Assembly: GCA_013239625.1 (NCBI GenBank)
Contig: MU054391.1
Span: forward strand, 310,001 to 374,000
Source of the DNA: Lama guanicoe
Lineage: Eukaryota
Reading direction: 5' to 3'
DNA: 64,000 bases
Both the position numbers and the translations under genes were made by a program. Shown one piece after another: positions 49,052 through 61,600 of the stretch (its first letter is position 1; each line of letters opens with the position of its first letter). Under the pieces are notes generated by a model. That model saw nothing but the letters and a program-made list of their open reading frames with translations, searched no databases and was not told the origin of the DNA.

Positions 49052-49454
49052 TCTAACCTTAAAATAAAACAGCTTGTTATTTTATCAGCAAAATGGCTTT
49101 CTTTGGGAATAGAAAGGAATTGCAGTTGGGGACATGTAATCTAAGTTGGGCAAACAAAGGAGAGGAATGTGTTATTTTAGAGAGAAAAAGGCGGAAGAGG
49201 GAAGGGCTGCTTTGAAGTAAAGTCCATTGGAAGAAAGCGAGAGTGCGGGGTGGTGAGGGGTTCCTGTTGGCTGAGCACTGGGGGTTTCTTATTGGCTGAG
49301 TGGTGACGGTCTGTTATTGGCTGGGCTGTTGCCGGGCGGGGAGAAAAATCTTCCCTTCTCTGTTTTCCCTGAGTAGAGACCTTGCTCCTGTTGGGTCTGC
49401 AGAGAAGCCGGGTGGCACCTGCCTGAGGGCGCCCCCTTCCACCTCCGTCTTACA
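49052..49454 (-). mobile_element. ERV1-class solo LTR (MER34-family-like)
   Basis: Minus strand begins TGTAAGA and carries three CCAAT boxes. It ends ...TGCAATTCCTTTCTATTCCCAAAGAAAGCCATTTTGCTGATAAAATAACAAGCTGTTTTATTTTAAGGTT, like MER34-type U5 ends. Confidence 0.6.
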
Positions 49455-50994
49455 TGAGGGTCCTTTTACTGATTTTCGCACAAATCAGGGAATCCTGAAT
49501 TCTCTCCCAGAGGGTTGATTCAAGGCACTGAGGTTTAGTGGAATAAGCACAGGGCATCCCACCGGGAATCGCAGGCCAATGGGGAAGCGTTTGCTCACAG
49601 GCCCTTGAGAGCCCGGGAAGAGAAGGTGGTCCCTGTTTTCTGGGTGGGGCTGGGGGAGGGTGTGGGGAAAGGACCAGAGCCCCTCGCCAACTTGAGGGGA
49701 CTCGGCACCTGCTCGGGGGCAGGGGAGGGAGAAAGTGGGTTCTTGGCCGGTGGCCTCCCTGGACGGCAGCATCGCCAGAACTGAACCCAAACACGGGAGC
49801 CAGCCTGCATGGGCTTTCTTGTCCTGAGGAGCGTTGCTGAAACTCCGCATGCGGTGAATTGGCAACTCTGCCAGTCCAGCCTCCAGGGGTGGCTTTCAGG
49901 GAACTCTACCCATCACCCCCACCCACCCACCCCTCCCTGGGGCCGGCTCTGTCAGTATCCCACAGGCCTCTACAGCACAGGCACAGCCAGCTTTAGAAAC
50001 GTAAATTAGGTGAAGCTGTTAGCAACAAATGCATTTTCATACATACATAGTTGAGAGGTTTTAGTTTACACCATTTAATTTTGGGTAGAGAAATACTTTC
50101 CCTCTGAGTATCGTAGAATAGCCAGATCTGTTATTTCTGACTCTTTTTCATAGTTTGCCTTTACAAAATTATAGTCATTTAAAAATTTGCTGGCGGAAAA
50201 ACCCATAATTAGGGATAATAAAAACCTTACAAATAAAATCGAACAAAGTAATATCTCATCTTCACTTAATATTTTCAGTATTCTGTTAGTACCTCCCGAC
50301 CTCAGTGCTCCGGGAGGAGTTTGTAACTCGTGGATTACGGAGCGCGTCACTACGTGCTAGTTCCGTTGATTTTTGCTTCTGTCTCAGACGTGGGAAATGT
50401 GTATATTTTTAATTGTTCTTTCTCAAACTCACAGCATTTTGTTCATTGCCTAGACATATTAACAATTTTTTAAATGAAACTTGGGGATTTAAATCATGTG
50501 TCACCATTGTGCCTTTCAGGGGCTGCCAAGCTGTGGCCTGGGGCCAACCGTGGACTCAGGCTGGGCGTGGGCTCCGAGCTGGGTAGGCAGGTGCTTCAAC
50601 TGTGGTGGTTTGCAGACCTGGGCTCAGCCAGGCAGGTTTTGGCCTCTGCACGTGGCACTGATGTAGGTCCCACAGAGGCAGGGACTGGGGTCGATGCTGT
50701 CAGAGATGCACGCTCAACGAGAGCTCGATTGTACACACGTCTTAGCAGCACCGTGGGAAGCCATTCGCTTTGGCCTTTGCAGGGCAACTCCAGCTGTGAA
50801 GGGGTTTCTGGTCCAGCAGATGATGGTGCCCACATGGTTCTGCAGGGAGGGCCAAGGAGTGAACTCTGGAAACCCTGGACCATTCAGCAGCACACGAGTC
50901 CCACCTCCCCACCCCCAGCTGCCTTGACTGAGCAGGGATGTGGGGGCCTCTGGAGGCACTTTCCTGGGGCCTAAACTCGCAGGCAGGCAGCACT

Positions 50995-51332
50995 GCATTG
51001 TTTCAGGGCCATCCTGACGGACCACGAGACTGCGGGCTGGAGACACCAGGGGTTATTTGCCCTCAGCCTGGAGGCTGGAAAGTCGTGAGGGCAGCAGGGC
51101 TGGGCTCCCTCTGAAGGAGGCACGGAGGCCATTCCTATGTCTTCCAGCTTCAGGTGGAGACAAACCCTCTATGTACACGTGCCTCTGTCTTCTGTTCTCA
51201 TCGGGGCATCGGCCACTGGACCCGGGTCCATGTCCCCCAGTGGAGCCTCATCCTAACTTGATCACACCTGCAAAGAGCCTGTTTCCAGTAGGGTCCCACT
51301 CCCAGGGGCTGGGACTGGAACATACCTTTTGG
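50995..51332 (-). mobile_element. MLT1C-like MaLR LTR
   Basis: CTGGAGGCTGGAAAGTC, GCTCCCTCTGAAGG, CCTCATCCTAACTTGATCACACCTGCAAAGAGCCTGTTTCCA and AACATACCTTTTGG are antisense MLT1 hallmarks. Confidence 0.75.
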
Positions 51333-51350
51333 TTAGGGTTAGGGTTAGGG
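51333..51350 (+). repeat. Short interstitial telomeric repeat (TTAGGG)3
   Basis: GG-TTAGGG-TTAGGG-TTAGGG-TT. Confidence 0.85.
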
Positions 51351-51942
51351 TTTCCTGAACAGCTCAGGACCTAGAGAAGGCATCTGGGCCAAGATTATTT
51401 CTTTTTAAGATACTGGAGACAACTAAGATCTAATTTAAATGCAATTGTTAAATACAACAAAATCACCTGTACTTCAAGCAAGCCTTGGCTCATTCTTACC
51501 CAGTTAATGGGCCAAAGGTGTTTGGAAGACACTCTCTCACCTTATTCATGTAGAGGCACCTGCTACTGTCCTGGGGCCACAGACAAAACAAGGCCCAACA
51601 CCCTGAACCGCACAGCCTTCAGAAGCCTGCCGTGACTTCCAGCAGAATCAGCAGGCGATCGTTTCTGGGCTCTGACATGCAGAAGAGCATCTGGGATTCA
51701 CTGAGTGTGGGGGCCTCCGTGCTCTGACGGAAGACGGGTGTTCAGAGACTTGTGTGCACGTGTGTCGGGATGGAGGTGGCAGGATTCCCTGAAGGTTGCA
51801 CCCTTCTCATTGGTGTGAGATCACAACGTGGTATGTGGTGATTAGTCTATGGGGGTCGGTGTCCCGCGGCGTTCAGGGAGGTTGACCCAGGCTTCACAGG
51901 GAGCACCTTAGTCCTTCCGTGAGAGCTGCCAGTGATGTTCTG

Positions 51943-52308
51943 CACGACGTTCTGCTTGGGCTGCTGGGACACAGCACCGCGGGCCAGGTGGGCGACACCG
52001 CAGAACTTCCCCACCTTACGGTCCGGGGCGGGGGAGGCTGAGTCAGCATTCCAGGGCTGGTTTCCTCTGAGGCCCCCTCCTTGGCTCGGAGACACCGCCT
52101 TCGCCCTGTGTCCTCGCGTGGTCGTCCCTGAGTGCCTGTGTCCCAGCCTCCCCTTCCTGTGAGGACACCGGTCACGCTGGACTACGGCCTCCCGCGTGAC
52201 CTTACCTTAATTAAAGTCCATATTTCTAGGTATCACTGCATTCTGAGGTACTGGGGAAGGTGGGGCCACGACGTGTGAATTTTGGGGGACACAGTTCAGC
52301 CCCTGACA
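51943..52308 (-). mobile_element. MLT1A/B-like MaLR LTR
   Basis: Minus strand begins TGTCAGGGGCTGAACTGTGTCCCCCAAAATTCACA...CCCCAGTACCTCAGAATG, the typical MLT1A/B 5' end. Confidence 0.8.
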
Positions 52309-53569
52309 GCTCCCTAGGGGACTGTCCAGTGCAGAGGCGTTCATGTCCTTTTCTCTGATTTGATAAGCATCTGAGATAAGCACCAATAAGTGGCAAGAAA
52401 AGAGAATTTAGATCAGAGAAAACTGGATTTGAATATGAGTGCTTTCCCTTACGAGCTGCGTGACCTTGGGACTGTTATTTTTTTAATTGTCTGGGCCTTA
52501 GATCACGCGTGTGTAGTGAGCACAGTCATGCCTTTCTGGTGGGCTGCCGAGAGGGGCTGTGACAGTCTGCCCTAACTCCTTGCCTTGTGCCAAGTGTGCA
52601 GTGTCTGCCCGATACATAACGTCTGTTACTGTCTCTGCTGTTTTATCCCAACTACCCTCAGGGTGTCTTCTTTTCAACTCTTTTTTTTTTTTTAATGCAT
52701 AAGATGGGTATTCTACCTGTTTCCAGCTCTTTTCTGCATGTAGCAGAAGTAGGGGGGCCTCATGTGATGACCACGTTTCTTTTTTTTTCCAGGATGATGT
52801 TCTGAATAGACCATTGCATTTTATTTGCTTCTTTGAACTCCATTGCACATTGAATATTGCATCTTGGAAGCAGTTTAAAGGTCAGGAACATTTTTCTGAG
52901 AATCTATGGCTAATTCATATCCAAACAGTATAACCCTGTAACTCAAATGATTGCTTCTACTGTAAATACTCCTGTATTAACTGAACATAAGCTGTTTACA
53001 CGGGTCTTCTAATCTGAAGCTGGAGTTGAGGTTGCCTGATAAATCAGTCTCTTACTGAAGATGTGAATATGTTCGTCTTTGCTTCCTCTTGCCCTCACTG
53101 CTTCCAGCCCATGAGAGAACGCAGGATGCACAGTTTCTCCTCGGAAGCAGGTGGACACTTCTGACCAGTGGCAGGAGGCAGGCGTGAGCCCGGTTTTTAC
53201 CAGACTCCTTTCTTCCTCCCAGGCACAAGGCTTACCCCAGCTTCCCCGGCTCCAAGTGACAGTGTTCTCGCCATGTGGTGAGAGCAGACGTGATGCCCCG
53301 TCCATCCCCAGCTGTGAAGTCCCCCCGAGGTCCCTCACACTCTCCCCTCCCACCAGCGTGTTGCAGATGAGGTGGCCCCCCCGGGAGGCCACGTGTTGGC
53401 AGTGGACAAGCCACAGGTGGAAGTGGAGTGGCGGCCGGCTCGGACTCAGGGAGGAGGCACCTCTGATGTCTGAGTCATCACGCAGCCTGGGATCTGTGTT
53501 TTGTGTCTGCAGGGTTAACTGAAGAGGGAGCAAGTGCTTCCTTCTTTAATGCGGGGGCTGTTTTAACAT

Positions 53570-53690
53570 TAATAATAACACTTAATGTTTATTTGGTGCT
53601 GACTTAGTGCCAGGCAGTAGACTAAGCTCTTTACATACATTCACTGTTTATACTAAGACTGTGCGGATTTGGGACTGTTCATGTCCTCAG
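53570..53690 (-). mobile_element. MIR fragment
   Basis: AATAATAAC...TTTATTTGGTGCTGACTTAGTGCCAGGCAGTAGACTAAGCTCTTTACATACATT. Confidence 0.65.
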
Positions 53691-53699
53691 GGCACCCAG

Positions 53700-54060
53700 G
53701 AGCACCTGTCGGGTGAAGAGACATTGTCAGAGGAACAGAAGTATCTTGGCCACTGACTGGCTGGAGAAGGACGAGGGAGAAGACAAGGGGACATGTAAGA
53801 ACATGGACCAAGTGGTTTATAGGACTCTGAGCATGCAGCGCATGGGTGACGCAGAGCGGGGGCCCACGCGGCGTAGAAGACAGCGATGTCGCTTTTTCCT
53901 CTGTTGAGGTAGAGCTGCTTACGTGAAATTTTCTTGTAAGAAGTCCGGAGGCTGTGCGAAGACCAGTCAGGCCTGAAGGTTTGTTCTGATGTCCTTCAGA
54001 GTGCAGATGGTCAGGGAAGGCACAGACGTTGATGGAATCCCCACCTTAGAGACCAGAAGA
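53700..54060 (-). mobile_element. L2 fragment
   Basis: Purine-rich, antisense-L2-like sequence (TCTTGGCCACTGACTGG, CAGGCCTGAAGG, GATGGAATCCCC). Confidence 0.4.
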
Positions 54061-54914
54061 GAAGTGAAAATCCAGTGTTTTCTTTTTTTCTTATACAGAT
54101 GAAGTGATAACAAATGCCTCCTGTTAATACGCCTTTCTTTCCAAAAGTGTGTGGGACTGGGGTTTTGACTTAAAAAGCCAGTAACAGGAAAGCAGTATAG
54201 GAGAGATACACTCAGACCTTGAACATTTAAAGGCTGTAAGCCACGTAAATGATTACTGAGTGGCCAACATGTAAATGGGCTTCTCTCATGAGGATTCTGG
54301 ACTGAGGGTAAGAATAGTCTTTCTTGCTTGAACTTTACCCAGAATGCATCTTGAAGATTTCTAATTTAAAGTGAGTGTGATTTTAAGGACATTTGCAAAA
54401 TTATCTAAGTGTAGGGTGTTTCTAAGTTCTGTATTGATTGATTGATTTTTTGTTTTCTCTACACATCCCAGTGGACTCTAAAATTTACAGGTCTTTCAAA
54501 GCATTCAACTTAGCCCTTGTTTATGAACATTTAATTCAATTAAATTATATAATTGCAGTAACAAGCAAAGCCTTAAGAACTGGAGTGGGAACAAACAGCT
54601 CACTTTTCGTAAGAATAAAACTGCGGTGCTGGGCATGCACACACGCTGGCCTCCAGCACTCAGGACCCCGTGGGCCACAGCGATAGAAAACAGGGTGTGG
54701 AAGAGAGCTAATTCAGTGAGCTAAATAAAGGATGATTCAGACAGCAACTTCTCTGAGGGGAAATATTCCTACAAAAACTTGGTGGAAAAAATGAGGAAAA
54801 AGTAGGCATAAAAAGATTTTCAAAATGTCCTTAACACCTAAATTGCATTTTTCAGTTTTGCATCTCAGGAAATAGAGTGCTCTTAAAATTTAGCCTTCTC
54901 AACATAGGTTTGTT

Positions 54915-54915
<1 letters not shown>

Positions 54916-54957
<42 letters not shown>
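54916..54957. repeat. Poly(T) tract, ~42 nt
   Basis: Direct reading. Confidence 0.95.
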
Positions 54958-54961
<4 letters not shown>

Positions 54962-55599
54962 GAGTAGTGCAGTTAGACAAATTTGCAGCTTTGTAGAATC
55001 TTAGAGACCGGATCCCTTCAGCCACTCATGTTACAAACCATCCCTGCTCTGTGCCTTACAGGGAGTCGGGTGCCTTCAAAGCCTTCCTCTTACAAACGCC
55101 AAGGGACACACTGGATCCTAGGGTGAAGTGCACATTTTTATTGGATTTCATTTCTCAAGTGTGTGTATGTGTGTCTGTGTGTTGAAACCTCACAAGGCAC
55201 CACCAGTGTGATTCTGGAGCTGGATGGTTCTGTCGTATCTGAGACACACACACATACATGCACAACACACACATGCCCCACATAATGTGGTAATGACACA
55301 CCTTTTCCTTTGACAGCAGGGTGAATTTAGTTCTTGAGAAGCAGGAACAATTAACAACATACTTCGAATGGATTGATCATTTAATCAAAAGCCAGTTGAA
55401 TACATCATTTTCTTTTTGACAAAATCAGTTTCTGAAGCTGTTGCCCATGGAGGTCTCAGTGGATCCACTTAAAAGGCTAGTATGATGTTTTGATTCCTAA
55501 CCACAAAAACAATATGAAGTAAAGTTTCTAAGATGCTGATGAAAACACGTGATCTAAATCTATTCCATACCCGGTAACAACAGCAACGAATAGTCCCTG

Positions 55600-57100
55600 A
55601 TCATGGTCACCGGTGTTTGCGCACGTCGCTTACTTGGTAACAACAGTGGACACACAGCCGTCCGGCGCCTGCCGGTGCCGAGCGTTGCCCGTTCTCCCCC
55701 GGCACCAGGAACTCGCAGAGCGCACGCACTCAGTGTGGCTTTTGTAATTTCAAAACAAAAGGAAAACAGCGAAAGTACATACAGAATGTATGAGGAGTAA
55801 ATGATTTCCCTCTAGCCGTCTGGTTATTCCTTTCAGCTTACCCAGCTTTACTCGCCGTTAACTATCTTAAGGTCTGTCGCGATGATCCATCCTAACAGCA
55901 ACGAGCAAACGACCGGGCGTCGCGCAGACTCGCCTCCGGTCCCGGACGGGGAGCTTCGCGGAGGCGCCAGCGGGCGCCTGCACGGCCGCGTCCGGCCGCT
56001 GGAGGGCGCGCCCCGCGGTCCGCCTCCAGGCTTGGTCCGGCCGCGACGCCGCGTCCCTCGCCTCTCTGATCCTTGAGCGGAGACTGCCTGTGACGTTTGC
56101 ACCGCCCTGTTGATAACTCTTGGCACTTTTCGTGCCTTCAGTTAACCTCAAGGCTGGATCATTATTCAAGTGGGTGTGTCGGGGAGAGCGGCTGCCCGTG
56201 CAGGGGGAGCTGGGGACCCCGGACGGACCCGGCGGGACGAGCCCGCGGCCGGCGTCCGAGCGCGCTCTGCGAGAGGACTGGGAAGAAACGCTGGGCGGGG
56301 GGATGGAGCTCGGGGCTGCAGGCTTCTCCGGGTCAGAGGTTTGCTGCAGGTGGCACTGCTTTGCAGACGCAGCTCAGAAACAATTCCCGGCAGGAAGCCT
56401 TCTGTTTGGAAATAAAAAGTCAGGTGACGGCAGCAGTGCCGAGCGCTCGGGGCGTCCGGCGCCAGGAAGGACCAGTGCCTCCTCTCCCGCGGCCCGGGGC
56501 GTGTGCCCCCCCCCCCCGCCACCCCGGGAGGCCGAGGCCGGGAGGTCCCTGCCGGGGTTGGGGGGGGGTTGGTCCTGGAGACCCCGGTCTGCTCCCGAGG
56601 TGGAGAGGCGCCGGGAGACACGGCCGGCGGCGCTGAGGTCTGAGGTCGGGGGCCCAGCCCGAGGCGCCTCGGGGCCTGGATGGACTCTTCTCAGGCTGCA
56701 GAGGGAGCGGTGTGAAACCCCCAGCAAACTGTCACTGTGACTCTCCCTCGTGGTGGAAACGCGCGGAGTGGGAGGACACGGGGCGGGAGCGGGGGTCCCG
56801 ACTCGGACGGTGCCCTCTGGGCGGAGGGAGTGACGAGGCTGCTGTCACCTGAAGGGCCTCGGGGGACCGAGACGGAGGAACTGGGGCGGCACCGGGGTCT
56901 GGGCACCACTGGTCGGGTCGGGGCTGGGAGCATTTCAGGGTGGGCGCAGCCCTAACGCTGGCATTTCACTCTGCGCCCTCATGCAGGGCCGGGCACCGCT
57001 CATTCCTGGGGTCCTGGCTGTACCCCAGGCCGCCACCTGAGGATGTGGGCGCCGACCGGAGGACGGAGGGCACTGTAGACAGAGGACTGAGCTTCCGCAG
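55600..57100. promoter_or_regulatory. Orphan CpG island
   Basis: Very GC- and CpG-dense (e.g. 55910-56060, 56200-56660). No recognisable coding exon. Confidence 0.75.
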
Positions 57101-58479
57101 CGTCACGTTCGTGCAGGCCCTGGTTTAATTCCACTGCGTCTCTTGACTCCACCATCACGTTCGGGCTCGGGGTCACCTGGCCCCTCCTCCCTCCTGTGTA
57201 CCTGGCACTGTCCTCTCTTGTGGTGGCAAATGCTGCTGCCTTGAATTCTGTGGTGTGAATCCAGCCCAGAACTGATGCGTCTCAGCTCGGAAACCCCGCT
57301 TTCTTTTCCGCACGGAGACCCACCTGCGCGTCCCTCGGGTACAGGGGTCGTGGGAACTGTCGGCCTGTCTTTGCAGTTCCCTTGGCCCGTGTTAGGCAGT
57401 CCTGGGGCTCCTGCACAGACAGTAGTAGCTGAACACAGACGCCGCCTTAAGACTCTTTAAACCAAACTTTCTATATTTATTCAGAAATGCGCACTGTTAA
57501 CCAGGGTCATGAGACTAACGTGTGTTCTCAAAACCCCAGGTTTCTTCTTGAACCTCCTCGGGTGACATTTGTTTGTCTTTTTCAAGCCAGGAGAGAAAAC
57601 TTTACTTTCAAAACCCAGTCTTTAAGTAAAGGACAGCAAAGGTGTCCCCTCCACGTCCCGCCAGCACTGCGTCCACGGCGGCTGTCTGCCCGAGGACAGC
57701 CTGCACCTGCACTAAAATAGATGTGGAAACACCGCTGTGGTCACCTGGTGGACCTGTTCATTGCTGTGGCCACGGAGAGGAGCAGAGCGCCTCAGGTCCC
57801 GACCTGGCGCCTCCTGCGGCTTAGGGTCTGGGGACCTGTAACCGGTGGTGGTTCCAGGGGTGTATTGCGGGAATAATTTCTGCTTGTATGCAAGTAGCAC
57901 TATTTCCTAGAAAAAGTAACTGAATGTGAGAGCTGCTGGACTTTTGCCAAAATAGTTTCTCATAAGAAAAGTTAGGTGTTTGCTTGAAAAATATGTGTAT
58001 TGACTAGTCAGTCATAGATGAGATTAGATTTTCAGCCCCATTCATTAAAAAATGATTAAGTATGAAAGGAATCTCATTTTAAAGCATGACTGAGATACAG
58101 TCACGCTGGTTACTTCACGGGGTGTCTGCACAAGGGTGCTTTCTCATGGCGACATGTGGAGCACAACTGGGGGAGGAGGAGGTGTGACAGCTGGGGACAC
58201 TGTTCCTGTGGCTGGATATCAAATATGAGCCTAGTGGGGAAAGAGGGGGCGTCACTGACACCAGCCTGGATGGACTGAGTAAGTGACACCAAGTGTGATA
58301 TTTGACACTCAGAGGGGGACGACCAGCACAGAGCTTGTGGAAACGGAGAGGAGGGAGACCCGAGAGGGATAGAGATGAACAGCATCTCCGTCTTCAGAAG
58401 GCTGCAGGGGTTATCGTTCCAGAGCAGAAATTAGAACAAAATTTAAACAGAGGACATTTTAAATGCATTAAAAAAGCTT

Positions 58480-58700
58480 TAACATAGTTCCTACCATTTA
58501 CCCAGAAGTTTCACTTCTAAGAATTTCACTAGAAGAATAAGCATGCACACTAAGATTGCTTAACAAAGGTGACAACTGATCAACTGTTTAGAATAAATAT
58601 TACCAAAAAAATTGGAAGTAATCTAAATACCCAAGAACGACTAACATACGTTGTGGCATGTAGAGAGCCTGAAACGCTCTGAAGCACCTGCGCGTTGGGA
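58480..58700 (+). mobile_element. Old L1ME ORF2-end fragment
   Basis: ACCCAGAAGTTTCACTTCTAAGAATTT and AAAAATTGGAAGTAATCTAAATACCCAA. Confidence 0.6.
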
Positions 58701-59519
58701 TGGAGAGAAACACGTACGTGACAGAGCGTGGGGTCTGCGCTCCAGCTGTGCGGTATCAGACGAGGGTGGCTGGAGCGGGTGGCCGGGGCCACTCCCGTGC
58801 CTGTCGCCCTTGGGTTGCCTCTCCTCCCATCGCGTTTCGGTGCGGGCTTGCAGTGATTCTGTTCTGTGTTGGGTTTGGTCTTTCTGACGGACTCACATCT
58901 TGTGTGTTCACTGCCCTCCACCCGCTCACCCCTGCCGCCTGTGCTGACCCGCAGGGGCTCAGGATGAGGCCACAGCAAATGTGGCCTCGGATTAAACAAG
59001 CATCAGCATAAACGCTGTCTTAACCAGCTGCCCTGCAGGGACTGAGATAGAAATTGTCGAGGCACTGAGAATTTTTGGTTATGGTTTCAGATGTATGGGG
59101 AAACTGTCTCTGTAAATGACAGAGGACTGACTTCCAGAGCCAGTTCAGATGCACTGGAATAGAGATTTCAGATGAGAACAGGGCTAATCTCACTGGTCCC
59201 AGCAGAAAGCGTTCTTTCAGACACTGCATCTGTGACCATAAGGTGGATTCTTAATAAAAATAAAGATAACCATTTATGTTTTTAAAGAACCAGGCTTTGA
59301 AGAACGAGAGGTGAAGTTTGGTGCTGAGGGAGGTCTTTGGAGAACTTCATTAGCACGTTCTGTGTGTTGCTATAAACTGGTTTCAACACCTATTTATGTT
59401 ACCAAGTTTAGCTGTCATCCAGCTTTACAGTTTTATGCGTTTTATTACAAGCTAACATTCTGAGGTTAAGAGCAGGGGTGCTGGGTTCTCACATCCACGT
59501 TGTTTGAGCACTGAGTTTC

Positions 59520-59660
59520 TCTTGTTAATTGCACATCTTTGGATTAGTAAATTTACCACCCTAAGCTTCAGTTTTTCCATCTAGAAAATGAGGATTGAAA
59601 ATAGCACATAAGTGATGAGGATGCCAGGAAGTAAATGAAATCCTGTGAAACAGGCATGAG
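59520..59660 (+). mobile_element. MIR fragment
   Basis: CTAAGCTTCAGTTTTTCCATCTAGAAAATGAGGAT matches the MIR core. Confidence 0.7.
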
Positions 59661-60051
59661 TCTGTCTTTATTGAAGGTATGAGAACTGAGGTCAGGGAGC
59701 TCAGTGTTCAGCTCTGCTCACTGGCCCACACGGTGCTCGGGTCAGAGTTGGCCCCAGGGCCATGCAGTCCAGTTCCACACGGTGCTGCGAAGCCACACAC
59801 TCCTCCCCAGCAGTCTCTGTCACCTGCTCACTGCTTCACTTTGGCGCTGAAGACACGCGGGGCTTTTGCACGTTTGCTTCAAATGTGAAGAGAAGCATCC
59901 AAATGTGTTTAGGGACAGAGCACGTCTCAGGGCACCTCCATCGCTGAAAGCTGAGCATAGATCATGATCTTGCAGTTCAAAATGCAGACATTTTTAAACA
60001 AACTCTCCCCTGAAGTATCTCTGGGTCTCTCTCTCTGTCCTTCATGCAGAC

Positions 60052-60071
60052 GTGTGTGTGTGTGTGTGTGT
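60052..60071. repeat. (GT)10 microsatellite
   Basis: Direct reading. Confidence 0.9.
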
Positions 60072-60699
60072 GGTCAGTGACCTTCTGCAGGGTCGGTGGG
60101 GCCAGCCCTGGGTGAAAGGCTTAGTGGACGTGGGGTCTCTCCTGAAGAAGCGTCCTCAGACAGCCTTCAGAGGTTCCCTCCATCCCCCCATGAGTGTGTC
60201 TGTATCAGAGGAAAACAAGAGGCAGAGTTTCAAAGGGAGAGGCAAGAAAATAACCTAGAAGTTCCCTTTCTTGCACAGAAGTCCAAGCACCCCCTCAACT
60301 TCAGTGATTGCAGGTTTGAAATTTTCTATAGGGATTCACGAGTCATCCTGAAAATCACATAGAAGACTGAAGATTTTTTGATGGCGAAATTGTGACTTTG
60401 TAGGCAGGGCCCAGCCGCGAGATTTGAGCACTCATCAAGGTGACATGGGTCAGAGTTGGGCTGCAGACGACACGCTTGAGCTGACTTTCAGGTAAAGCAT
60501 GGTTTTCTGTCAACACAGACAGTTTGAACTGGAATGAGATGCTTTAAGACACTGAGAACTAGTCAGAGCAAAACAGCTCGTCAAAGAGGGAAGCAGCCGT
60601 GGTGGATCCGATTTTACTGTGTCTGTGAGAAAAGACGTGGCTGGAGTTTTTGAAACGCGTGTCTCCCCCCGTGAACATGCAGGACGCGTGAACACCTTC

Positions 60700-61600
60700 C
60701 GCAGAGGCAACTGGGGCCCCTAGGCCGCAGCGCGGCCCCGGGACGGAGGCTCCGCGTGGGGCACCCGCGCGTCCCGGGGGCGCCCTGGGCCCGAAGCCCT
60801 CCCTGCGCGAAGCCGCGCCCGGAGGCCTCCCCGCCCGGAGCCCAGGGCCCGTCCACCTGCGCTGAGCCGCGGCCTCCCCGGGGTGGGGTGGGGCCTCTGG
60901 GTCAGCAGCGCGTCCCTCTCCCGGGACTCGTTTCCACTTCTCGTCCTCACATTTTCTCCACTTGGTCCTTTCGCTGTTTGTAACGTGGGGAAAGCAGTGT
61001 GAGTGCTGACGCAGCTGGTCAGCCAGCTGGTGTCACTTGCCGTTTTTTAAAGGATGGACTTGAAGGCGATCTTTCAGGTTTTATTGGTGCTCTGGCCTCA
61101 CCTAACAAGCCGCTGGAGGAGGGCGACGTGAAAACGAGGCACTCTGGCCGGCGTGGTAGAATCTGATGCAAGGAGTGAGAGGAGCGACTTATCGGCCAAC
61201 AAAACGCAGCGGAGAAAGCAAAGCAGACGAGTGCGACGGCGACGCGGCGCCCAAGGCGGGCGGCCAGGCTGCTCGTCGTGGGCTGCGGGAGGGAGCACGT
61301 GCCTCTCGGACCGCGCGGCTCGCCTGCAGCGGCAGGGCTCACCGTCCGCATCCGCGAGCCGCCGCTGCCCAGGGAGCATCCGCGAGCATCCGGGAGCATC
61401 CGCGAGCATCCGCGAGCATCCGCGAGCCCCCGCTGCACCTGGCGGCGCGAACCGAGGAGCAGGACTCGCAGGCCGCCGCGTGGGCGGGTTTGCGGCCCCG
61501 GCGCGCCGGCTTCCCCGCCGCGCAGCGGAGACGCGCCCCTTCCCGCTCCAACGAGCCTGGCGTCTGAGCTCCAGCGTACCGCGTTTGGAGATCGCTAATG
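60700..61600. promoter_or_regulatory. Orphan CpG island with internal 10-bp tandem repeat
   Basis: CpG-dense blocks at 60720-60930 and 61130-61590. Confidence 0.75.
61371..61430. repeat. 10-bp tandem repeat (CGCGAGCATC) x ~6
   Basis: AGGGAGCATC CGCGAGCATC CGGGAGCATC CGCGAGCATC CGCGAGCATC CGCGAGCCCC. Confidence 0.92.

Noticed and set aside
55848-56955. ORFs up to 206 aa in the CpG island
   Set aside because: Low-complexity composition, open in several frames, no family similarity.
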